NCBI GenBank assembly: GCA_002269645.1
Contig: NIVC01000874.1
Coordinates: 1-64,000, forward strand
Source of the DNA: Macrostomum lignano
Taxonomy: Eukaryota
Length of the DNA: 64,000 nt
Direction of reading: 5' to 3'
Of the stretch, positions 26,401 to 37,000 are shown piece by piece. The notes below the pieces were generated by a model that worked only from the letters and a program-made list of their open reading frames with translations, had not been told where the DNA came from and searched no databases. Each line of letters opens with the position of its first letter. Position 1 is the stretch's first letter. Made by a program: the position numbers and the translations under genes.

Positions 26401-27541
26401 GAGGAGGAGCGACCCGGAGATGCCGAGAGGCCGGGGTGTGGCTGAGTCCTTTTCGATGTCGAGACGTCCTTCAGCGGAGCGGCAAGCTCTGAGGAATGCG
26501 TTGGCTTCGCCGCGCGTGTTGCGGTCGTGTGGGCCGGGCTCGAGCTTGGACTCAGAGGCGTAACAGCTGACAAAGAGCTCGGCCGGAGGCCGGGGTGTGG
26601 CTGATGGACGCATCGGAGCGGGCCAACGGGGCATCACCGCGGGTGTTGCGCACTAGTCGGAAGATGTCGGAGTTGACGTCTAGGTTGGAGCAGGTGTCCT
26701 CCCAATGCAGACGCTTTGCCAGGGCGATGGTACTGCGAAGGTGGGCCCGGGCCTGTTGGAGGGCGACGACGTTCTGTTCCGTGGCGTCGAGTTCGACACT
26801 GCTGCGGGCGGATTGGCAGGCCCTCTGGGCGGCGTCGCAGTCGCTGTTCCAGAAGGACTTAGAGGCGCCGTGGCGGCAACCCCGCGGAATAGCGTGAGAC
26901 GCGGAGCGCAGAATGTCCTTGCAGAGGTTGTTGTTGGCCTGGTCGGTTTTATGGACGGGGCTGTTGAAGCTCAGCGCGTTCAGCGCGAGAGAGAGAGCGC
27001 TGAACGCGAGAGAGTTCAGCGAGAGAGTTCAGCGCGAAACCTGGTCCAGTCCGCTTTTTTGAAGGCCCATCGGGGGGCCCCGTTGGGTCTCTTCGGACGC
27101 TTTCCGGTCTGGATGGCGAAAGTGATAGGCAGGTGATCGGAGCCCAAATCTTCGATGGTAGTCCAGCTCTCGCGCGTCGTTCTGTCGACGGCACCCCGGC
27201 ACTACGTGGAGTCAGGAGCAGATTTCCCGCCGGTGCTAGGATTCAGGCGGGTGGCGGTGCCCAGTCTGTTGGCCAGCTGGAGGTTGTTGGAGGCGGCCCA
27301 CATCTCGAGGGCGACGCCTCTGGCGTCTTCATCGGCAGGAGGTACTGCTGCTCACGCTGCAAGCACCCTACCGGCGAGGTCAAGCGTGAACTCGGCGTTA
27401 CGTCGACTGTCTGGTGGCTGACGCCGGCGCCCCGGACACTGCCGGTGGCGTGGCCTTTGTTCGCGCCCAAGCCATGAAGCGCGCCCTGTGACGCTGACTT
27501 TTGCCATCCTGACAGTGTATTTTGTTGTTGTTGTTGTTGTT
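23458..27541 (+). mobile_element. RTE-clade non-LTR retrotransposon, 5'-truncated, split by a nested LINE
   Basis: RT GVLQEDTLAPFLF...YADD (ORF 23468-24409), resuming at 27347. (TTG)n tail at about 27523-27541. 12-bp TSD GTAAATTTGAGC at 23446-23457 and 27542-27553. Confidence 0.92.
24364..27334 (-). mobile_element. Ingi/I-group non-LTR retrotransposon with APE remnant, RT, RNase H and CCHC finger, 5'-truncated
   Basis: APE C-terminus (TATRLNPSTGGKSAPD, GSDHLP), RT (DFKRAY, GLPQGSVLAP, YADD; ORF 25909-26637), RNase H (TDG, TDSLSAL, WVPGHAGIDGN), CPDC...HVLRRC and an A-rich tail. 12-bp TSD GCAGGAGGTACT at 24352-24363 and 27335-27346. Confidence 0.9.
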
Positions 27542-28222
27542 GTAAATTTGAGCGAATTCCGCTCTGTCCGTTGTGACTCGTAAGAAATATTTTATAATAG
27601 TTGAGTTCGGGCTTGTAGCCGACTGCTGCTTAGCCAAACTTGCATTTTATTTTCCATAACGAAGAGAAAGGAAAATACTTTAGGGCGTTATTAGATGGCT
27701 GAGTGGGACCGTAAACATATTACGCTCGCAGTCTCAACTACAACACTGCCTTCGTGAGAATCTTTGACACATACAGAACAACAGGCCTACTGCTCAATCA
27801 CCGCTGGCTTGGATAAGAGCAGCAGCGGTTGGACGTTTGAATTCTGATGGTTTGGCAACTGGGGGTTTTTAAGTCTACCAGATAAATGTATTTTTGAATG
27901 ACTGTAACCTTCTAAAACCTCAAAAACTGAAAGTCTGGACTTCTAGTCCAGGATATGGGCAGAAGCTGTTTTGCAGTGTCGGCGCTCATGAGAAAATTGC
28001 TCTGATTGGCCAGAGATTAGAGATTAGAGGAAGCTCATTCTTGGCCATTGGTCGCAAATGCAACGTACTTTATTAGGCCAATAAATTTATTGACCCGGCC
28101 AAATAAGTTTATTTCGCATCAAATAAATGCTTTCCTTAGTCTATGACCAGGCCTAACTGGGTAATAAATTAAAACCAGCCGATCTTCGACTCTTGTTTAT
28201 TTTATTTATTTTTGCATGCATC

Positions 28223-28380
28223 CATGGATGAAAAAATACACTGGATTGCTCATCTGAAATAGTCTATGGTCGAGTTCTTTCCTCCAAACTTGAAATTTAC
28301 CCCCCCCCCCCTAGGAATCTATTGGCTGATGAAAGTTAAAAATAATCCCCCGTAGGACTTGATTGGATGCTGAATCAGTC
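28223..28380. repeat. Left TIR of P-like element (158 bp)
   Basis: Reverse complement of 32329-32478, with a few substitutions and a longer C-run. Confidence 0.95.
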
Positions 28381-29745
28381 TATCAAATACATCTTTGGAT
28401 TTCCCTCAAATTTTCAGCAGCTAGACATGCTTGTAGGTAGAAAAGTCTAAATAAAGCATCACGCCGTTGCTTGCGGACGTCTCACCGGCCCTGATCATTA
28501 ATCACAAAGAGACTGGAATGGGCGACCGGTCTGAGCCTTAACCGGTTTTGTTTTTGATTTAGTAGCGAGGGTTGAAATTACGTCTCCTTTGCTGTCTGGG
28601 ATAATCCTCTTGGGGCAAGGATCTTCCTCCTTAACACTAAGGTTGAAGTGATAACGAATGTTACCGACTTTAAACGACCACTGTTCGTTATCGGAGCAGT
28701 ACATAATTATTAAGATGCCGATTAATAATATAGCTAGCTCTAGGTGCATAAAATTCCTAAATTATGAATTAATAATTATGGTCCCTGCCTCCAGTCCAAT
28801 GTTCCTACTATTAAGATGTAAATATAGAGTTAACAGGTAACACAGAGACAAAATGTACTGCGATATTAATGCGACGTAATTATTGAGTAGTTAAACAGCA
28901 CACCAGCACGCGCACACAGATTAAAAAGTTAGTGCAGCATTGTATTGGCCTGGCGCCTAATTATAAATTAACGATGGGTAATCAATGTAAGCTTGGTGCT
29001 TTTACATATGATTTATGTGCCAGCATAGATTTCCCCAATATCCGTCACCTGGCAAACTTTTATTGTTATGCTGGGAAGCCTTAGTCATAGTAGGGAATTC
29101 AGTCGTGGCTTGGCACCTTAGAACTGGAATTTACCTTAGAAAATTTCTGAGAGACGCTTTTCGAAATGTTTCTAAGTCCCGCGGTCCGGACTTACCGCGG
29201 TCGGAAACCAGTATGGAGTTGGCAGGAAAACTTCCAAGCTTTACTAACTAGCCCTCATTTTGAAAATGTCTTATAAGAGGAATAGTCTTACAATGGAAGA
29301 AATAGCAGAAGAACATGGGCCAAAGGGTCAACGAAGCTAAAGTGACAAGATTTGAACAGTGTATACATGTAAACCGGAAACTTTATATACGGGCTAACGA
29401 TAATACGCGAGCAACAACATTTGGCGAGACTGGATGTCGTCCGCAGCATTATGACTTATAGTATCCTAGTCTAGCCCTATAAAATCTCCTTACGAGTACT
29501 GTAAAAACAACTTAAGTTTGTTTAAGTTTAAGTTAGTCCTGATGTAAAATCAGGACTAAACAGAACGAATTTCAAGAGGAACCCAGATGAGGAGCAGCTA
29601 GATATGAAAGATTTCGGATTGGAAAATTGAAACTCCAAAGACAGAATACTAAAAACTGTACCGCAAATTCATTGGCCTCCCAGTTTGCGTAGCTTTCTGT
29701 CGTGCGATGTAGTCGGCGCAGGTGCAACCTTCGTAAGCCGACGAC

Positions 29746-30471
29746 TTATACTGCCGTGTCTATGGAGCCGTCGCACTTCAGTGCTGCAACAACCTTTTCA
29801 TTGAAGACTTGGAGAGCGAGTGTTACCTTCGTTTTTCTGTATGCTTGAACTGAAGGATAGCAAGCTTCGTGGGTTGATTCCATTCGTTTGACAACGTGAT
29901 ATTCTTCTGATTTGTACAGTCGAATCACGTCCATCCATTCGGCCGATAAATTAACTGTCTGCACCTGGCGGTTGAATAGTTAAAGTTCCATTGGATTCAG
30001 TTTGCCAATTGTTGCAAGGCTCGAATCAAAACTGGCGTATGCATAATGAATGCGCGAACGGAGAAGTTTAGTGCAATAAAAACTGTGTCTGTCCGTCTGT
30101 ATCAAGAACGAAGGGGGAAAGCCAGAGAAGACAGAAGGCGGATCTTTCGGTCTTTCATGTCGACCATTCTTTAACATGGGGTGTCACTTGGCCAGTGTCT
30201 TTGGCACATGTCCATGTGCTCAGTCACTTTCTAGAATGGTAAATTTTATCGCTGTGATTATTTTTTACAATTAGTTTGTAATAAATTCATCCACGCATAC
30301 CAGCGTATAATCGCTTAGAATTAACATCCTTCTTACCTCAAAAGTATTTGGTAGGCTTTGTCTCCAACGCTCCCGTTCTCGTGCATCTCAAGGAAGAGCA
30401 AATATCGTTGTTCGGCTTTCTTCTGAGTTATAGTTTGATCTGTAGTTAAAGACGTTGCACTTTCTCAACAT
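29746..30471 (-). pseudogene. THAP domain 2 plus P-element transposase remnant
   Basis: MLRKCNVFNYRSNY...IFALP*DARERERWRQSLP, a GT-AG intron at 30231-30336, MCQRHWP...PKDPPSVF, then EWMDVIRLY...YPSVQAYRKTKVTLALQVF (ORF 29746-29964). Internally deleted. Confidence 0.7.
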
Positions 30472-30639
30472 TTTTTTGCTGTCGCACATGAGTTGAGGGC
30501 TTTTTATTTGGCCTCACACCTCTTTAGACTGAAGAATTGTAGTTGGAACGGCCACAGAACACTGCTTTCAAACGACGACCCCTTAACTTTTTTCACCATG
30601 ATTTGGCTTGTTTTGCGTCCCGGTAGTTTTATTGTCCCT

Positions 30640-31077
30640 GGTGTAGCAGAGACAGTCGGTGCAGCAGAGACAGTCGGTGTAGCAGAGACAGTCGGTGCAG
30701 CAGAGACAGTCGGTGTAGCAGAGACAGTCGGTGTAGCAGAGACAGTCGGTGCAGCAGAGACAGTCGGTGTAGCAGAGACAGTCGGTGCAGCAGAGACAGT
30801 CGGTGCAGCAGAGACAGTCGGTGCAGCAGAGACAGTCGGTGCAGCAGAGACAGTCGGTGCAGCAGAGACAGTCGGTGCAGCAGAGACAGTCGGTGCAGCA
30901 GAGACAGTCGGTGCAGCAGAGACAGTCGGTGCAGCAGAGACAGTCGGTGCAGCAGAGACAGTCGGTGTAGCAGAGACAGTCGGTGCAACAGAGACACTCG
31001 GTGCAACAGAGACACTCGGTGCAACAGAGACACTCGGTGCAACAGAGACCCTCGGTACAACAGAGACACTCGGTGCA
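30640..31077. repeat. 18-bp minisatellite GCAGAGACAGTCGGTGCA, about 24 units
   Basis: Seen directly. In frame within the THAP1 ORF. Confidence 0.97.
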
Positions 31078-31254
31078 TAGATACTTGATGAGGCAGAGAC
31101 GATCATTTCAAGAGAGGCATTAAAAGGCAGAGCACCAAGTGCGCGCAACTGACTGGTTGGCACAGCACTTGGCTTTAATAACCTTCTATAATCGCAAGCC
31201 AGTTTTCTCTGTGGAACTGTGGTGAAGGAGTCGGCGGCGAAGTGCTTGTCGCAA

Positions 31255-31951
31255 CAACAACAATAACAACAACAACAAAATACGCTGTCAAGATGGCAAA
31301 AGTCAGCGTCACAGGGCGCGCTTCATGGCTTGGGCGTGAACAAAGGCCACGCCACCGGCAGTGTCCGGGGCGCCGGCCTCAGCCAGCAGACAGTCGACAT
31401 AACGCCGAGTTCGCGCTTGACCGTGAGCAGCAGCACCTCCTGCACCAGCTGTGGGCAGTACGACTCGGCGCGGATGAGATTGCCTGCGAGCTGGAGTCGC
31501 CGACTGCGCAGTAGATCGCCTGGACGTGGCAGGCCAGCGCGGCGATAGAGTGCCACGTTGTTGACTCGCTCGACGCCGATGTTGAAGGCGGCGCGCAGCA
31601 GGCCAGCGTGCGCCGCATCGACTTGCTGTTCGAGTGAGTCCGTCAGCGTCCAGATCTCGGCGTTGTACAGCAGGACGGTCTCGATTACCGCCTGGAACAG
31701 CGCCGCCCTCTGGCGGTCCGGTAGGGCCTCGGACTGCAGGACTGCCCTCACAGAACGAAAGGTAGCCCAGGCAAGCCCGCGGCGGCGTCGCAGGTCCTCG
31801 CGAGCGTCTGGAACCAGACCGCCGAGGTAGACGAACTGCTGACATCGTGGGAGTTCGGTCGTCTGCCCGTCAGCGCCTCGGCAGAATATTGCAGCCTCGA
31901 TGTCGTCCGGCACGCAGAGCACAACGGTCTTCTGCGTGTTGACCACCAGGC
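31255..31951 (-). mobile_element. 5'-truncated RTE copy (same family as 23458-27541)
   Basis: Near-identical to 23860-24363 plus 27347-27541, with a (TTG)n tail. 5-bp TSD CGCAA at 31250-31254 and 31952-31956. Confidence 0.93.
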
Positions 31952-32328
31952 CGCAAAGAAATGTGTTTCTGGTTGGCTTGAACTTTGGCGATGTTTTTAT
32001 ACTCACCAGCCATTCAGGGAGCTGATCGATGAATTTAACAGGAAAAGCAAAAAAACTTATCGGGCTGCCGTCCTCATTTTTGTCGTCCGGTCTTGGATTT
32101 GCAGTCCAAGGCAGCGCAGTTGCGCTTTGCCATTACCAGTGAACGCTGACGGAACAAAACGACAAAGGCAGAATAGAATAAATTAATGACACACAGCTCT
32201 CATTGAAAAGGAAACCTTCTTATATGCACCCTTCTCTCTGCAGCTCGTCTGCTTTGATACATACTGCTACAATATTCTATGAAAACACTCAAAGTCAAAC
32301 TCACACCCCGATCTTCGAATTCCCCCCT

Positions 32329-32478
32329 GACTGATTCAGCAGCCAGTCAAGTCCTACGGGGGATTATTTTTAACTTTCATCAGCCAACAGATTCCTGGGG
32401 GCAAATTCCAAGTTTGGAGGAAAGAACTCGACCATAGACTATTTCAGATGAGCAATCCAGTGTATTCCTTCATCCATG
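32329..32478. repeat. Right TIR of P-like element (150 bp)
   Basis: Reverse complement of 28223-28380. Confidence 0.95.
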
Positions 32479-34006
32479 CATGCATCGCTTGCTCTCTTTT
32501 CAAGTAGCTCGCTAAAACGTACGGTGCACTGGGAAGCTAATTATTTTGTTTATGGGTGATCCTCGGCTTGGTTTATAGCCACAGCACTTCGTTATCTTTG
32601 CATTAGCTTGAAATAAGTGTGGAATCATGGCATCTGTGCTGTGCAAAGTGCATAAAATGATGCACCTGTTTAGTACGAGGTAGCTTTGTTGAAAAATGGT
32701 TGGACAATTGACGGGAAGCAGCACCCTCTACGCAAGCACGCTGCACTGGTAGGTTAGGGCGGGGTTTGTGTGCCAAGGTACAAATTGGCTGAAATTCAGT
32801 CTGAATGACGAATTCTGAACGATGGCGAGCTGTTAGGATGCTGAAACTCGGTGCGCCAATCAGTGAAACTGTTCGAAGATTTGGTAGAACTCGCACAGCA
32901 ATTCGAAAGCTGCTGAAAAGTCCCGCAAGACGCCTTGATGTGTGTGGCTCAACCTGCAGCCACACCTAATCGCCATCTGCAAACTCCCAGGGTCCAAGAC
33001 ATGAACCTTGACTGTTGCTGGGTTTACTTACTATGGACCATTGCTTTACTTATGGAATCTGTACCGAAACCTAGCAAAACAATTAATGAAACTTTGCAAA
33101 TGGCAATATGCTCCGCAACAGCTAACCCTCCCCCAAGCAATGTATTTAATGTTTGTTTCAGTATCGTGAGTAGAAACTAATGAGCAAGCAAAAAGTTCGG
33201 TCACTCGTTGTGGAATCCTGATCACGTGATCACCAGCCGGTTATTGAACTCTTAGGGCAGCTGCTGCCAAGCATTCTGAACTGTCCTTCTCATCTTTTCA
33301 GCATTCTGCAGGGCTCGATGAGGTTCATGTCTACGTAGATAGACTTTGGCGTCCTATTTGATGTGGGAGGTGCTTTGCACAACCCTCGCAGCAACTGCCT
33401 TCGAACTTATTCGAATTACCGATGGCATGCAAAACTTTTCGGCCATGTGGCAGCGGATTGTAGGTGGTTTAGCTGTTGCTTAGTGTAGTTCTCGTTGCTA
33501 GACGCGGCTTGCCACTGTTTGGTAATTGAGTAGGCACTGTAAGAGCTGTCAAAATAGCTTTTACCGTGTAGCCAAATTCAGTGTGTGCCCAATTCACCTT
33601 TCCAATTTGTCATACCTTAGCAACTCTGTGTACATTGCTCGTACCCGCCCCAAAGTCAAGAACTTAATGTACAAAGTGGTTGGATCAATGTACAGCCACC
33701 TGACCTTATCTCTGCCTAACTCTGCCGGCCAGAGTGACTCAAACTCCAACACTGCAAACAAGTGCAAACAAGCCACACTGGTTTGTAGCCGGTTTCTCAA
33801 AAAACTATTCGACCAAAACTCCGACAGAACGTGCGCAGCCTACCGGCTTATCAATTGGCTATTCTCGTCATGGCTCATGCGTTCCATTTTTGTGAAGTCT
33901 CGGCCGATTCATAGGCCTCCATATAGCATTGCGTCCCTCGCTAAATTGACTTTACCTGCATTGCTAACTCGTCACTCGCTCAGTGCTTCAATTCAACCAA
34001 GAGAAA

Positions 34007-37000
34007 ATGCAGAAGCCGCAGCAGTACAGCTGGAAGGACACCAATTTGGCCCTGTTCGGCTCCGATGAAGAGCGAAAGGTCAAGAGTAAGTAGGGAGCTG
34101 AGGAAAATTGTGTTAAATGAATCTTGTCCCAAAATAAAAGTTTTCCAGGTAAAATTTCTTGGGACACTCTTGGGTAAGAGTGTTTCAAGGTAAGAGTGTC
34201 CCAAGGTAAGAGTGTCCCAAGGTAAGAGTGTCCCAAGGTAAGAGTGTTTCAAGGTAAATGTTTCGCAGGTAAAAGTGTTCCAGGTAAAAGTGTTCCAGGT
34301 AAAAGTGTTCCGGGTAAAATTGTTCCAGGTAAAAGTGTCCCAGGTAAAGGTATCCCAGGTAAAAGTGTCCCAGGTAAAAGTGTCCCAGATAAAAGTGTCC
34401 CAGGTAAAAGTGTTCCAGGTAAAGGTATCCCAGGTAAAAGTGTCCCAGGTAAAGGTATCCCAGGTAAAAGTGTCCTAGCAGGTAAAATTTCTCCAGTAAA
34501 ATTCCCATCGCCTTTGAATCTCCTGCAGAGGAGGCCGCCGAGCTGGAACCGGCCTGGGCGGAGGTGCTGGAGTGCTCGGAGCCAAAGCTGTTCGTGTGGC
34601 GAATTGAGGCAAGTATCGATGATTGGCAGCTCTGTTGAGTAGCTTTCGATCCGCCATTGTCACCTGCGCCTACTCACTCTCCAGCAATTCAAGGTGGCCA
34701 AGTGGGAAAGCGACCTCTACGGCAAGTTCTTCGATGGCGACTCCTACATCGTTCTGAACGTGTACCAGGAGGAGGACGAGGACAAGCTGTGCTACGACAT
34801 TCACTTCTGGATTGGCGTGCACAGCACCGCCGACGAGTACGGTACGGCGGCCTACAAGACTGTGGAGCTGGACACCCTGCTGGACGACCGGCCAGTCCAG
34901 CACCGGGAGGTACAGGGCCACGAGAGCGACCTGTTCAAGAGCTACTTCCCGGAGATCACCTACATGTCTGGCGGATGCCCCAGCGGCTTCAACAAAGTGC
35001 ACACGAGGGAGTACACGCCGCGGCTGTTCCACTTTAAAGGCGAGCGGCGTAACATCATCGTCAAGGAGGTGAGTTGTCTGAGGCCAGCCTTCGATTCTTG
35101 TCATTTTCTTGTCAGCCTCGGCTCTCGGCATTCTCTTCTCAATCTCTTAACAGCCTCAATCTTTTTTCTCCATCTTACCCATTTGCCCCCTCTTACCCAT
35201 CCATTGTTCCCCATACCCTTTTCCCCATACCCTTTCCCATTATCCTTTTCTTACCCCATTCCCCATTCCTTCTTCCCCTCTTTCAGTCCCATCAGTCTGT
35301 GCCTCCTGCACCCCAATCAATGCAACCAATTTTATTCCTTCCTACGGAAAAATGATTCCGTCACTTTGCTGTGCATTCACCTGTTCACAGGTGCACCGTC
35401 ACCTACTCGTGCATTCACCTGTTCACAGGTGCACCATCACCTACTCGTGCATTCACCTGTTCACAGGTGCACCGTCACCTACTCGTGCATTCACCTGTTC
35501 ACAGGTGCACCGTCACCTACTCGTGCATTCACCTGTTCACAGGTGCATCTTCAATTTGTAATTATTTCTATCCTAAACATTACATCTTAAACTGTTCTAA
35601 AACCTCCACACCCTCTCATAGGTCACAATGTCCCGCAAAGCCCTTGACGAGACCGACGTGTACATCTTGGATCTCGGAGACCGCGCCTACCAATGGAACA
35701 GCCGCGGCTGCAACAAGGACGAGCGATTCAAAGCCGCCCAGTACCTGCGCAAGCTCTGCGAGGAGAGGAACGGCCGACTGGACACCGAGGTGCTGGACCA
35801 GGACGACGCTGAAGAGGAGGTCGGTGGCTGAATCTGCTGCTAATCCTGCGCCTCTGATTCCTGCTGCACTGCCAATGCGTTTATTTTGAACCTCTTTGAC
35901 CCATCCCTTCACCCCATCCCTTAAACCCACCCTTCAACCCCATCCCTTCAACCCCACCCCTTCAACCCCACCCCTTCAACCCCACCCCTTCAACCTCACC
36001 CCTTCAACCTCACCCCTTCAACCCCAGCCTTGCAACCCTATCCTTTCAACCCCATCCCTTCAACCCTATCCCTTCAACCCCACCCTTCAACCCCACCCCT
36101 TCAACCCTATCCCTTCAATCCCACCCCTTCAACCCCACCCCTTCAACCCTATCCTTCAACCCCATCCCTTCAATCCCACCCCTTGAACCCCACCCCTTCA
36201 ACCCTATCCCTTCAACCCCACCCATTCAACCTCACCCCTTCAACCCCATCCCTTCAACCCCATCCCTTCAACCCCATCCCTTCAATCCCACCCCTTCAAC
36301 CCCACCCCTTCAACCCCATCCCTTCAACCCCATCCCTTCAACTCCATCCCTTCAATCCCACCCCTTCAACCCCACCGCTTCAACCCCATCCCTTCAACGC
36401 CATCCATTCAATCCCACCCCTTCAACCCCACCCCTTCAACCCCATCCCTTCAACCCCATCCATTCAATCCCACCTCTTCAACCCCACCCCTTCAATCCCA
36501 CTCCTTCAACCCCACCCCTTCAACCCCATCCCTTCAACCCCATCCATTCAATCCCACCTCTTCAACCCCACCTCTTCAACCTTATCCCTTCAACCCGAAG
36601 TCGACCTGAATTCTAAAAATATTAAACGCATGCATGCATACATGTACGTGAAGACCCCAGACTGAGCTCACAGCAGACATCCCGATAAAAACTGCAGCAC
36701 GAGTTCTACAACAGCCTGACGGACGAAGAGCTGGAGCCGATCAGCGACCTCGAGCAGGCCTCCTTCTCCATGGCCTTCTCCCAGCCAGACAAGAGCGTCT
36801 ACAGGTGAGATTGCTGTTTAGGACTTCAAATACTCGAGTCAGTCGGTCATTTGCACTTTTAATTTCTGACATCGCCATGCAGGCTCTCGGGCGAGAGCGG
36901 CTCGCTGGAGTTCTCCGAAGTGTCTCGCGGACCCGCGGCCTCGCGCGGCGCCGTCACTGAGGAGGTAATTAGTGAGGCTAGTCTGGTCATTGGTGCAGCT

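Larger units (their letters stand above)
30504..32133 (-). pseudogene. THAP domain 1 ORF with (TVSAAP)n linker, interrupted by an RTE insertion
   Basis: MAKRNCAALDC...SFFAFP...EWL...FLC|DKHF...RRLLKPSAVPT is a complete C2CH plus AVPT THAP signature once the RTE copy and one frameshift are removed. Confidence 0.85.
28223..32478 (-). mobile_element. P-superfamily DNA transposon (4256 bp), both ends intact, coding decayed
   Basis: TIRs at 28223-28380 and 32329-32478 start CATGGATGAA. Exact 8-bp TSD CATGCATC at 28215-28222 and 32479-32486. THAP domains plus the P-transposase motif KTKVTLALQVFNEKVVAAL. Confidence 0.92.

Noticed and set aside
24400-27480. Many overlapping GC-rich ORFs on both strands
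   Set aside because: These are shadow frames of the two nested LINEs, caused by high GC and stop-codon scarcity.
29172-29559. Short hairpins TAAGTCC...GGACTTA and TTAGTCCTGAT...ATCAGGACTAA inside the P-like element
   Set aside because: The 7-11-bp arms have no TSD or second copy in the window, so they are too weak to call.
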